64,000 nt of DNA from Trichoplax adhaerens (Eukaryota > Animalia > Placozoa), in NCBI RefSeq assembly GCF_000150275.1, contig NW_002060944.1:5865102-5929101 (forward strand), read 5' to 3'. This document shows, piece by piece, positions 27,660 through 40,860 of the stretch (position 1 is its first letter; the number at the start of each line of letters is the position of its first letter). The notes below the pieces were generated by a model. It was not told where the DNA came from. It made no database searches and saw nothing but the letters and a program-made list of their open reading frames with translations. The position numbers and the translations under genes were made by a program.

Positions 27660-28180
27660 AAAGATGGGCTAGTTTAGAAGGAAAGGGCCAACACGAAGAG
27701 CATTCCCACACTCTAACACCAAGAGGTTGCACTGATGATTATTGAACCCTTAATAATGAAAGGCTGAAATTGAGTCCTGATACGTTGGTATGCTTGTGGC
27801 AGTGGCCCAACCCAACTTTCCTGATCGACGATTGGTACGTCGCAACGTAAGTGTATGACGTCATGATGGCCAGCCAAATTGGGAAGTAAACAGTGCTGCG
27901 AGCTCGGGTGCTCGATAACGTTGGCAACACCAATAGTAAAGGACGTCGTGAAGGTAGAAACGCTCAACGTTATTGTGAAGTAATATTTCAGGACGAGAAG
28001 AAATGTTTCATGTTTGCTCATTGGCCTGATCTCCACTCCAGCAAAAGAGAACGAGGAAAATAGTAGGGATGAGTCCATTGAGCAAAGATTTGTTCTCGTC
28101 CTGCGACATTGTCCACTCCAGTAGCTGCAATGCAGTAGTCGGTTTAGAACGTAGCGTTCCTATGAAACCAGTGTGATTTA
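27660..28180. ncRNA. GC-enriched, hairpin-rich island; candidate structured RNA, strand unresolved
   Basis: CAGGACGAGAA (27989-27999) pairs with TTCTCGTCCTG (28093-28103) and encloses TTTGCTCA/TGAGCAAA. ATAACGTTG (27915-27923) pairs with CAACGTTAT (27965-27973). Further hairpins are present, and no recognisable protein is encoded. Confidence 0.35.
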
Positions 28181-28569
28181 TACTGTATAGAGTAAGTACA
28201 TAACTGTAGTTGTTAAGTAACATAGTCCAAGTTCTAGTGTACTGCATTGAGCGGTGGACCCCAAAATTGGATAGAAATTTTAAACGGGCAAAATATTGAT
28301 TCCAAAGCAAGTACTCTACTGTTCTGTACGCGTACCGGGTGCTCACGTACTACAGCTGTGAACGGCCTCTCATTTCGTCGCTACAATTCAGCAATCACTG
28401 TTAAGCCCAGGTTTTTTCTTTCTTTCTTTCCTCGTAGCTAAACCCTAGTCCATGGACTTGTACAACTATACTACTGTCTTTGTAAAAGTCTATGGCTAAA
28501 CCATCGTGCTGTTCATTTATTAGATGATCATGGACGCTAGGTCTGTCAGCGGTTTGGTTTCATTTTAGA

Positions 28570-29650
28570 TTGAGTACAGTACAGTATGATCTGTCTACGA
28601 GTAACTACGCACTCTCTGTCCGTTCCGTTCCATACGGTCTACTCGCTTACTCGCTATCATCTGTACAGTTTTACAGTAGAGTACATGAATATGATAGCTT
28701 GGAAAGACACCATGATTGATATTCAAGATGATGAGAGGATGAAGAGTAGGTTTATTTGTAGATTGAGAATGAACGCACATAGGTAGAACGTTAGAGAGAC
28801 ATACAGGAGGAGGCTACTACCAGACAGACAGAATAGGAATCTATCAATATGATACAGTACAGTACTGTAGTCATGCGTACAGTTAGACTGCTAGCATGTG
28901 ATATCACTTATCGATGTACACGTGGAAGGTATTGGATGCACATAGTACACATTATACTGTATATCTGTACCGTGGTTATAGAGTGTGTATCAAATTATTT
29001 TGCCACTTTGAAAGGAATCAACCAGTGATCTTAATAAGCAAATACTGATTAAAAGTTGTTATATACCATAAAACTATCATTCGACGATAGTTTTACTGTA
29101 TTTTTAAAGAAAAATATGGCCCGAAAGTGATAAAATGTTATGGAACATACTGTACAGTGTACAGTGTACAGTAGGCTGTCCATTGATATTACAGTGTACA
29201 GTACTGTAATCCAAGAGATGGGAGCTGAGCCTGCTCAGTGCACGCTCTGTTTCGGTTTCGGCGGGCACGAGAGCAAGGGAATTCCATTTGATTTGATGTT
29301 AATGAAACAAGACCTTGTATAAGTTATGCCAGGGACTTGGAATAAAAGTTCTGATGATGGTATGAGCAGCAACAACTCAAGAAAAAGTGTTTACTTTCAA
29401 GTCAACACTTGATCAATTCCTACTCTTACTGTTGTTGGCAAGGACGTGCTGTCCAGTCATCCTGCTACAGTAGGGTGTATCATTCTAGCTGTACAGTACA
29501 GTAAACTGACCAGTAAAATAAGAGACGATCGTTTCCTATCGGGGTCTCTGTACTGTACACATCCCGTAGACGAAAATCCATTGTACCTCCGTCCACGCTA
29601 TACAGTACAGACAGTGGCTACTGTTGTATGGCACATACTATACCTTATTG
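28570..29650. promoter_or_regulatory. TACAG/CTGTA-rich upstream region of SMARCE1
   Basis: Clusters at ~28575, 28855, 29148-29207 and 29490-29615, ending shortly before ATG 29728. Confidence 0.5.
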
Positions 29651-29727
29651 GACTAGCAAGAAAACTTGCTAGTCCAGTCTTGTAGCCCTTAGTCCAAGTG
29701 TCGGCGTCCAGCCGAAAAGATTCCAAC

Positions 29728-32700
29728 ATGGCTTTGCAATATAGTATGCGACAAGATCGTCCTATCAATGTCCAGCAACACTATAATGTGCCCAATTTAC
29801 AGCCTGTCTCCATAGCTTGTAAGTATTGTCATTTCATAGTCCAAGTCAATTGATATTTTGGTCGTTGTTGTCCGTCGGCCAGGCCATTACTGGACTAGTG
29901 TTGCCTTTTCTTCTACCTTGGTCAATGATGGATGATTCAATACTGCGCTAAAATTCTGCTTGTACCTTAATGATGAAAATCATGTCGGCTACGTTGAAAT
30001 GTATACGAGTAGAATGGTAGTCAATGGAATAAGATTACTACGTTAGTAGAGTTTAAGTTGCACAAGAGTACAGTGTATGTACAATCTTAGCTAGTCACAT
30101 TGAAAGGTTGACCGCCAGAAATGCTATCGATTTAGAGACTCGTTGTCTACGATACATATTGCAGTATTTTACTGGACGTCAAGTTACTGGCCAACGTCTT
30201 CAATCGTCATCCAACTCAAAATCAACAGGATCCATGTCTTTCCAGTCGTATTACATAGAAATTTCTACTTGTTCAATGGCCTTCTTGTTACTTACAGTAC
30301 TGACAGTTATAGCATTCTTAGAATGAATTGCATTACTAACCAAAAGAGATTACTGTACAAAGGAACTGGAAAATATCCTGTAGACCCTGTATTACAATAG
30401 GCAAGAATATCTTGTAGACCTTATATTACAATATGCAAGAATATCCTGAACACCCCAAAGTCAACTAAAATTATACGCCAAATTTGGAGGCAATCTGCCA
30501 TGTTTCAGTATCCAATCTTGGAACATCCAATGCAATGAATCTCTAGCCTTACAATCATCATACTATCAAATTGTATCGTCATACTGACTCGTAGAAGCTT
30601 TATGCATTCTTACAGGCTACAGCACGTCTGAATATAACAGGATCAACCTTTCATTAATATTTTTCTAACGAGCAGTTTAGACACGTACAGTAGCTCGAGA
30701 TGCTTCTTACGAAATCACTTATAATTATGCCGTCTATACTATTAATCTATCAATACTAGATAGTTTATTTAAAACAATGCTGTCGCTGATACATACTGTA
30801 CTGTACTGTACTGTAGTCAAGCAGTAAATTCACTTTCTACTATAAACGTAGATTATACGGTATATTGTCGATGGACTGTAGACCAAAGTCATCAATAATA
30901 ATCACAATTACATCGTTGCATCGATTATGTATCCCGTGTAATTTACAAAATATTAGATTGTTAGCTAGTAGAACTAGTTCAAAATCTCGTAAAAATTCGA
31001 GCGAATCGCACTTGTTTCATGCCACAAAATGCGTCAGTACCGTACTACTTTGATGATAAATTTGCTGCTAAAATTGCTTTTCCATTTTGGTAATTTGAAA
31101 TGCTTGGTTTATGATTATTAATAACACAGCCTACAACTACCCTTATCAATCTTCCCCCGACGTTGGTAAACCGGTAAGATCTCGTAACTTACGTTGCAAT
31201 AAATTAGAATAACCTTGTAGTAATCGATGTGATTAGTTAGGTGATAGCTACATTAGCATTGCTATTCCTAGCCCTAGGGTACGAGCTACTACACTGTATT
31301 ATGCACAATATTTTACATCCTTATGATTCGTTTCGGTTATAACCGCTACAGGCGGTTGTTCCATCGTAGATGGAAGAGGTAGCATAATACTAAAAGATTA
31401 TAATGACTTTAGTAAACTATGCAGTTAAATTAAGTGTAGTTGCTCAAGTTAATTCTTTAATTACTAGGTACAAGTAAACCAATCTCTTCAATGGAGTTCA
31501 CCACAGCAGCTGCAGGCACCTCCGCGTTATCAAATTGGCGTCACGCAGGTAAGAATCGTATTATTTGACTCTAATTTCCTTAATTTTGAACCATTTAGTT
31601 TCCTATATCATATTAATCTAATGTCAAGACTGTAGAGGATCACTAGATCAGTAATAGTTGAATATATTAGAACATAACTCTTAGCACGATCATATAAATC
31701 AATTATTATCCAACATCAGTTACACCTCTACACGTTGCTTCGTTAAAAGCTAAAGATAATAAAAAGAAGTATGTCACATTAATACCAGTATGTTACACAA
31801 ATATATACAATAGTATAATTTACATAGTTGTTAGTGGCTCTACATTCAAACTGTTGTTATAAAATTTAAACCACTTTATACGAGTATTCAATAAATTGGA
31901 TAATTTTCTGTAATACCATTACTATTAATATTGCTATAATAATCGACTTTTATCTCTTACCAGCAAAATAGGAATTTTGTTGTTACATTATTGCACTAAT
32001 TTGAAATTGCAAATATGATTTTAATTAATTATGATACAGTTGCTACTGTCAGTTGTTGTGTCATGTTCTACTACATTATATATGGTATAGGAAACTTCAG
32101 ACTAAGAATACTGCATAATTTAAGATTTACCGTTTACTAATTTCACATACAGCCTCGTATGGAACCGACTAAGCCTCCAAAAGCACCAGAGAAACCTCTT
32201 ATGCCATACATGAGATACAGTAGCAAGGTTAGTAGTAAATAAATGAATTTTTATACTTCAAGTCAGCTAGGCTAGAGACTGTATATCATTTTCATTAAGA
32301 GTCCTTATATTAGACATGATAATAAATTCATAGATGTTCGAAAAAGTGAAAGAGCAACATCCTGACTTAAAACTATGGGAGATTGGAAAAATGATTGGTG
32401 CAATGTGGAGAAATCTCGATGATAAACAAAAACAAGTAAGACCTAAACTAAATATGTATAGATACAGTTTAAGCTGTGATTTACAAACCGTAACGTCAGC
32501 TTATTAAAATAGATAAAAGTTACATAGAATTGCCTTCTACACTTTTGTTGATACAGTTAATTCACTTCTTACCCTACCCTATAGGAGTACTTTGATGATT
32601 ACGAAAAAGACAAGGTTATAATTCTTTCCCATTTTTCTGATAGTTATCCACTGTTTAGAAATTCTCATTTTGTAACTTCTAAAACCTAAAATTTAGAGAC

Positions 32701-33986
32701 AATATAATGAATCTGTAAAAGCATATCAACAATCACCTGAATATCAGGCCTGGGTTATCTCCAAAGCAAGAAATAATGCTCCCCCTATACCGAATCCGAA
32801 CCCGAACCAAAACCCAAAACCTCAAGGTATAGATGATACATTTTTACAATCCCTATTGATTATAGGTTTTGCTATGAATCAATGTTTCGATTGATATCTA
32901 TTGTGTATGTATGTCGTGATATGCAGTAGTTCGTTCAGCACAAGATCAGCAAATATACGACAAAGCAATGCAGCATGCAGCACCTTCTGCTCCTGTAAGA
33001 TTTCTTAATAGTACTTTATTTTATACTTACTATTGATGTATGCTTATGACTATAATGGGAACGTTAATAATATTCTGTTTGAATGAATAGCTACCAGAGC
33101 CTCCTATTAGTATGCAAATTATAGAAGATGAAAGCGAAGGTAAAATATATTACCTAGCTGGCTTTGCTAGGTTTATTTGTTACTGGGTATAATGATTCCA
33201 TTCGCTTTATATTACAGAAAATGAACTGACGGAACAGCATATTGCTGCCGCACGTTTTTACAGAAACAATATATTAATGAATGAAATTTTCAGTGACACT
33301 GCTGCACGTGAACCTAGCTCAGGTAAGATCATAAAGTTATAACCAAAAAGTTTGGTATATGCAGAATGTACTCTTAATTTTGACGTAATATTATGAATGC
33401 CAACAGGGGCCACAGATGATCGCGTAAAAATATTAAGAGATCGACAAGAATCTCTTAAGCAAATGCAAGTAAGTGGCAAGCAATGAAATTTTATATTACA
33501 AGCAAAATATTGATTTTAATATGATCTTTATGAGTAAAATAATGACTACATTAATTTACTTGGCGATTGAAAAAAATTAGAAAAAGCAAGAGAAAGAACT
33601 ACAAGAATTACAGGAAAAATTTGAACAAAAGAAGAGGAAATACGTGGAAAATGATGAAAAGTTTAGAAATAAATTGAAAGAGGTAATCACAACTCTTATC
33701 CCATATATATATGTATCTATATGAGATGTAGTCATGCAAAATTTATTTATATTATAGCATAATATGGGCATAATTAAAGTATAAAGATTGATACAGATTG
33801 GTATTGATCATTTTAAGGAATACGAAGTTTTACACTACATCAGCTATCAAATACTACTGTATACATCGTGATAGCGGCTGATTTGAGTATGTATTTTCTT
33901 TAACGTTTATGCCCTTTCTTTAACGTGCTCAATAGTTGCGTTCGAAGAAGGAAGAAACTCATGCAGCGTTGAAGAAAGCTTCTTAA
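29728..33986 (+). CDS. SMARCE1: SWI/SNF subunit BAF57 (HMG box); 5' exon chain uncertain
   Basis: [19 protein letters not shown]|[28 protein letters not shown] (32152-32435), [37 protein letters not shown], then a coiled coil; stop TAA 33984-33986. The putative first exon 29728-29818 ends in GTAAGT, but I could not fully phase it to the HMG exons. Confidence 0.9.
30372..30449. repeat. 34-bp tandem repeat, ~2.3 copies, in SMARCE1 intron
   Basis: AATATC(C/T)TGTAGACC(C/T)T(G/A)TATTACAATA(G/T)GCAAG is repeated. Confidence 0.8.
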
Positions 33987-35748
33987 ACAATGTTGTTCAA
34001 AATAATGTGATCTAATATCTGTACCATGTAACCCGAAAAATCGATGTTAATTAATTAAATTAGGTCAACGCTATATTTTGTAGAATAATATTAATGTAAG
34101 AGGAATTTGATTAATCTTCATATTACTATCTAATTGTTTAGCACAGCCTGAAAGTTATGGTTTAGGTTAGTAACTATTAATTTCCCGTACATGTAGAACG
34201 TCCTTCAACTTAACTTAACGTATTAATGTATGGTTTAAAGTTTATCGTTGCGGTACAAATGCTAATGTGTAAAATTACTGTATTCTTAATGTTTTGTAAT
34301 TGATATTACTGAAATGTAGGACAAAGCTCTCGTAGTAAATTAAAATCATGGTAATTTATTTGCTGAATCTTGATGTAATGTTGACCAAATGTTGCTAATT
34401 ACTGTATTATATTGTATAACAAGTAAAACACCTATCCGACATTATATTGTACATTCCTGATATTATTGTATTGTATTGAAATACATGTAAAATAAAATAC
34501 ATGACGTACTCTACATGATAAGATGCGGGTTTACCAAGAATTGCTGTTAAACAGATTGATAATGCTGCGTTCTGGAGTATGCATTCATTATAAAATACAA
34601 TCCGGATCACTTTTATATATTCGCTATTAAAGATCTCCCATTGCCTTACAAAATCCAACAATTTGGCGGTATCGTTATTATAGTATATGTAATTGTACTG
34701 GTATATGGTTCTACGACATTTCCCGCCGCTATCCCATAGACAAAATAGTATACGTAGAAATTGTTGATCTTAGAATTTGACTTCTCTAGCAGTAAATAGC
34801 ATTTCATCAACAATAATTTTAAGGAAACCGTAGAGTGACGTGGATAGCCTCTTCAAATCTGGCAAAGTAATTCCAAATGTCATTGAAATTTTACTCAGCA
34901 CATGCAATTAGTACAACAGTAAAAGCTGGAAATTTGTTGGATGTATTTGTTAAGCTGAAAGCACGAAGTTAAAGAGGAGAAATAAAATATTTTTCTCCCT
35001 CAAAGGGGAAAGATGCGAACACGACACGTCTTGTCTATGGATTCCATTAAATTCTATGAGAATTTAGTCATTCACGGCCATACCACTCGTACATTCGGTA
35101 TGTGTAGCAGACTACTTAATGCTGTACGATCACGCTGACTAAAAATTCTCGTCTACTTATATGAGTATAACAATATATACAACATCAGATTAGACGTTAG
35201 CTGAAGGCGCTCTTAATTATTATTGTTTAATGAAAGTCATCAACAGATTATGATAAAACTGTAATGTGTAATTGACCTGACTATATCTTATGAATCACAG
35301 ATAACATAAGTTTTACGTTTAATTAATTTAAACTATGTGACTAAATATACCAAATTATATATGACTACAACAGTTAATTATGTTCACTTCGAAAGACGTA
35401 CCCTATCAGTCCTAAGTGACGGTATCAAGAGTTAAAAATATTCGTAGTGCCAGTATATTAGCGACATATTTGTTGAATAGCAAATCTAGTGTGGTAATCC
35501 TAAAAGTACTTTTCAGTAATGTGATAGTTTTAACAGTAGTGTACAGATATAAACCGCACGAATTTTCAACTCAAGAATGTTTTGGCAGCGGAATTAATTC
35601 AGAATAAAATAAAAATATATATTAATATGTAACATTAAAACAGGTATCAATTTTAAGGTCCTCTTTTTTATCTTGTTAAGCCGTTTAAACAATTCCTAAA
35701 AATTCTACATTCTACAAGATTAGGTTAAAGTTATACACTACATACAAA

Positions 35749-38700
35749 CTAGTATAGAGCTAACTTTTCAATAATTGATAGGTAAGATTCTTCGATTGCT
35801 TTATAGCTATCATTAAGGAGCTGTACTTTGTCTTGGCTATTTGCTTGAATTATCGCAGCATTGTACTCCTCGGGCTTCAAAAATTTTTGCAACTTCAACA
35901 AGTCTTTTTCTTCTTTCTAAATTCAATAAATAATATTACAAAATGATTTATATTACAAGGATGAAGTAAAGAAATCTATTTTGCGTGATCAATTTTCGAT
36001 ATTAATACTCTATTAAAATCTAGATAAGATAAGTGTTGTTTAAATACCTTGAATGGCTGGCTAAGCCTCTTTTTAACATAACTTTTGTAAGCCAGATACT
36101 CTTTAGCATTACTTCGATCTGTTGCTTTCAAACGGAGAATTTCATAAACTCTTCTTGCTTGTTTCTATAAACGGAAGAGTTACTTTACTATTACATATAC
36201 ATAAGTTTAATTTTGTGCTGTGTCGCCTATTCCACTGGTGACTAAGATTTTAATATCTAACCAAACGGAGTATTTTGCAATAGCAACATACGCTGTATAC
36301 ACACACATACGTACTGTAGTCGCAGTGGAAAGTTTACCTTATGAATCTTGAGTTTTTTTCGTGCCTCATTAGCCATATTCTCGTTGAATCCATCATGTAG
36401 ATTTTGATCAGAATATGCTGGTAGCTTTGCGCAACGACGGCAATCAACAAAGTCTCGTAAGCTTATGAAATTCTCAGATGGATCCTCCGCTAAAATTAAT
36501 CAAATGAAAGGGTGTAAACAAGCGGCAACAACGACTAATATTCTACTAATATCAATCAATAGATACTCATAGGTATCAATCTAAATAACTATAAACAATA
36601 CCTGTGATATCTAAAATGTTGTCATCCTTTTCTGCCAGTGAATAATAACTTTCTAATAACTTAGCTTATGGAACGAAAAAAGTTAAGAAATTAAATCCGA
36701 TCGGAATATTTCATAAACACAATAATTTCATACCTCCATGACCATTCCTTTGATATGGTGGTAATATAATGATTTGACTTGAAATTTGCATTATGAGACA
36801 AAAAGAAAATAATTAGAGACTTTTATTACTACAGATGAATAAGACTATATACAGTATACATAAATTACATCATCGACATTTCAATTCAGTTATTTATTAA
36901 TTTATACCTAATTCTTGATCGAATCTTGTCGGGGTATGCGTAATAGTTATAAGAGGTCATATATCCAATGATATCATAACGAAAAGCGTTGTGATCCTTC
37001 CGCTTATGGTATCTGTACATATACATATAAGTATCGTGCATTATAATTTTATGTATCATAAACTAGGATATATTTGATATACGATGGTATTGTAAGCACC
37101 ATTTAATTAGCAGACTTCCTGTAGACTTTTATAACATAATTTTAAGTAACAGTTGAGTGTTTCACACAAACTTACAGTAGATAAAATGTCCATTTTTCGT
37201 CGTCATCATCTATTTAATTAAGAAAGAGGTGTAAGCAAATTAAAATTCTTAACATCTGGGCTCGAACCTGTTATTATATCAAGCCATGATTAAGATATAG
37301 TTAAAACGAAAGCATTTTCAGATTTACAGAAATTATTTAAAATAACTTACCGATAAATGAAGCAGTTTCAATATACCAAATCAGAAAGGTTCTAAGTCTC
37401 TCGTGGTATGCTTTAAAGCCGGGTATATCAACGTTGGCCTTCGTATAAATACGATACGTAAATCAATAGTTATAGAATTAGCCAGTACCGAAATACTACA
37501 TAATTTATATAATTTTTTGAGCTAGTTTTAATTGGGCGTAGTTCCACAAAACGCATTATTCGTTCTAAAAATTCAAGTTAAACTCTTTTTAAAGACAAAG
37601 AAGCAAATGAGCTCTATATTAATTTACCTTCCTAATCTCAAATGTTTGATCGTCCAATGAATAGCTATTGATTATCTCCCCGAACGGCTTAAAATTACTC
37701 TCTTCCTTTTCTAATACACGCATATATTCATCCTGATTGGTGTAAAAACCTGCAATGGACAATATAATGCAAGACAAATGAAAAAAAGGAAAGGTTACTC
37801 CTGCGATTAATTTAGTAATACTGTATCATACAAAAATGTAATAACAATTGTAAGCATTTGCTGGTTTAACTGACCTTGGGGTAAAACATCTGATAAAATT
37901 TGAATAATATCGTCGGCCTACAAGAAGTAATTGGTATATTTTAGTATAACAATGTACACGATGACAGAAGTACAATAGGATCAAAATTAGCATTATCCTA
38001 CACTTGAGAGCTGCGATTATGACATAGCAACTATAGCACTATTTAAAGAACTAATTACAGTACAAATTATATCTTGCTTTTGTTCAACTTTGCAATAGAA
38101 GCAGTTAGTTATTAAACTTGTCAAATTGTGTAGTATAATATAATATCTGCTATAAATGTCACCGAAGAAAAAAGAACACATATTTATAAATTTTATTTTC
38201 TATAACTACGCTGTACGTTAGTAACTTTAGTTATTTGAGGAAGATGGTGAAGTATGCTTTTAGATGTTGTACTTAAAGATGTGAAATGAGTGATGTTTTT
38301 TTTTTTTGGAAATTACTAACTTTAACACCGTCAGAAGTAGACGGATCAATTTTCTGTGAATATGTGAATCCAAAATAAGTTAGGAGGCTCGAAGATCCAT
38401 AGTATAACTAGATCATATAGGAATAGAGGATCGGAATATTTTGTTAATATCTTGCATGATATGTTAGCAAATGATAAATTTTAAATTATTCCTTGTTACA
38501 GTTTTCATTATTAGCTATCTGGATACGCAAGTATCCTGTGTGAGATATAGGCCAACATAGATTTAATCGAGGTAACTCAGTTATATACATATATTGCACG
38601 AAATGCATAACAAGCTAAGTACTTTTTTTAAAATTAATTGCTTATCACCTTGATTTCCAAATCCTTATATCCAAATATCGCTTCACTAGAATTGAGATTA

Positions 38701-40637
38701 GATATTGACATCGTTAGCTAATACTATATAGATTAGAATCATTGACTTTAACGGTAATTCACCAATTAAACTAAGATATTTAGAATTAATGATACTGTAG
38801 TATAATTTACTAGTATTAACTCTGCAGCCCAGTGATGCAGATAACAATCTATAAGAATAGGCATTTAAGAATAAGATGTACGTACATTTAGGGATTAGAA
38901 AATATCAATTACAGTCTAAGAATTTTAACTTTTAATCCGTACTTGTCTCCGAATAGTTGATGAGTAAATTCAGGGTGAAATGATTCTGATTTTTCAAGAA
39001 CTTCATCTCCTTTACTGACTGGATACGGAGAAAAAGGGTTAATTACTTTTAGATAAAGTATTAATTTTAAGAATTACTAGGATGAAAATAGTAGAGTACA
39101 ATATACATAGTACATCATATTTACTTAAATTGATTGATTGCAAATAGATGAAGATTTAAATGTATAAAGGTCTATTGTGGGGCTAGTGTAGATTGGTCTT
39201 ACGGGTTCACTAAATCATTCTAAAGATCAGATTACTCGTATTGTGATAAAGTGTCTTCAAAATAACAAAACAAGAACTACAGTTTCTTGTACTACATAAA
39301 ATTAGGCTTGTCTTACAACTACTAAGGACTATCTAGATTATTACAGAAAATTCATCATTAACATACGATTGGTTACAGAATGATTTTTAGCAAAACAATC
39401 ATATGATAAATCAGCTCTAAATTTGCTATCATGCGATCTACTCATAATTCGGGTTTGCAATATGTAATTTTAATCTTAAGCTAATTTAGGGCTTCACAAC
39501 ATGCGTACATTGCTATCTTAACTTATACTGTATAGCTTAGAAGAAATTAAAGGTCTGTATAAATTTGGTGACCGAAACTAACATCGGGGAAGTTGATACA
39601 AATTATATGTATTCAGTTTCGCTTCTAGGTATTACGGTAGCTACACTTCTGCACATTTGTAACTATTGACCAAGGTAGAATGGATGCAAGATTGTAACCC
39701 TATCACATCTATGCGTCAACTATATGCAGTCTTAATCAAGTCAAGTGGTATATACTGAAAATTGATAGTTTTAAATTGTAATAGAATTGAGAAGTAGAAA
39801 CCAGCATTTTTCACTGCAAGTAGACTGTACTATAAACATATTCCAATGGTGTATTTAAATTGATAGTTTTAATTGATTCAAAGAAATGGATTTAAAGTGA
39901 GCATCATTCAGAGAAACAATACTGAAAGTTACTACAGTCTAATTTGAACTGTACAACGGCGAACGATGATACAAATTTTGATCATTAAAAAGAAATCAGC
40001 ATTCTGACTCCATCTTACTGCATGTGTTGGTTTAGCTTTACTTCCCTGATGATTTATCTAATCATCATTACTGTATAATTTAAACTCATTTTGAATCAAT
40101 CTAATCCACTGAATAGCTTAACTATAACGAAATATTTTTATTAATTGATTCTCAATTTATCCAGCAGGTCCATTGTCAGCTAAGAAATTTCCAAAATCTA
40201 CATACAGTACTATTCTACTCTGCCTTTGAAGCTATGGTCGCAGTATGCAAACCATCCCATGATTTAATTTTGTTGTGTAGATGATAACAGTATACATACC
40301 TAGCTTGAGATGGATTGCTTCATTAGCTGATGCTATCAAATCGTGATCTTTCCCGACTAAAAGAAGCATGATAAAGGTTTATATTAATTCATTATTATTT
40401 GATTAATTCTTGACGACGGCAACAGCTCAACATTGAAAGCTATCGTCTCCCCCTTGTCCATGGCAATGAATCGAACAAATATCACGTTTTTTCCTTAAAT
40501 AAATTATCTATCATTGAACATGAGTAGACAATATAGGTAACTCTAGTTATGACTAGCAAAGAGGATAGATTGAGTTGTAGCAACTATAAGAAATATTGAA
40601 GTTGTTTATCGATGAAAATTTGCAACTTACCTTCCAT
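35749..40637 (-). CDS. HAT1: Histone acetyltransferase type B catalytic subunit
   Basis: ME|[93 protein letters not shown] (GNAT motif A), DITAEDPSENF, QARRVYEILRL. Stop TAG at 35749-35751. Confidence 0.95.
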
Positions 40638-40689
40638 TGCAGAAATTTACGCGGTCTTTTTTGGACTTGTGCGCATGTAGGGCATCTTC

Positions 40690-40860
40690 TAGTACAGTAG
40701 TTTGTATGATGTCGATTGGACGGTAGGTGGACTGAACTCAGACAGACGGATCCAGAGTCAGACTGGAATGATCAACAACGCCCTACTGTACGGTGTACAG
40801 TGTACAGTACTCTAGTAGACATACTGTACTGTCCTGTTCTGTCTGTATTGCAGTCTGTAG
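40690..40860. promoter_or_regulatory. TACAG/CTGTA array plus GTACTCTAG in the divergent HAT1/TBC1D5 promoter
   Basis: CTACTGTACGGTGTACAGTGTACAGTACTCTAG...TACTGTACTGT lies 150-200 bp from the HAT1 ATG. Confidence 0.55.

Noticed and set aside
27732-27790. Hammerhead-like core CTGATGA-stem-GAAA
   Set aside because: There is an extra T between stem II and GAAA and no 10.1-11.1 G-C pair. I could not build stems I and III with a valid NUH site in any topology. It is also too short between TGATGA and CTGA for a C/D snoRNA.
28438-28448. CTAAACCCTAG as a telomerase RNA template
   Set aside because: Only 7 nt (AACCCTA) match the (CCCTAA)n register, and no downstream pseudoknot or H/ACA domain is evident.
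36423-36433. AGCTTTGCGCA resembling the U4 snRNA 5' end
   Set aside because: It is the antisense of a HAT1 coding exon, and the similarity stops after 11 nt.
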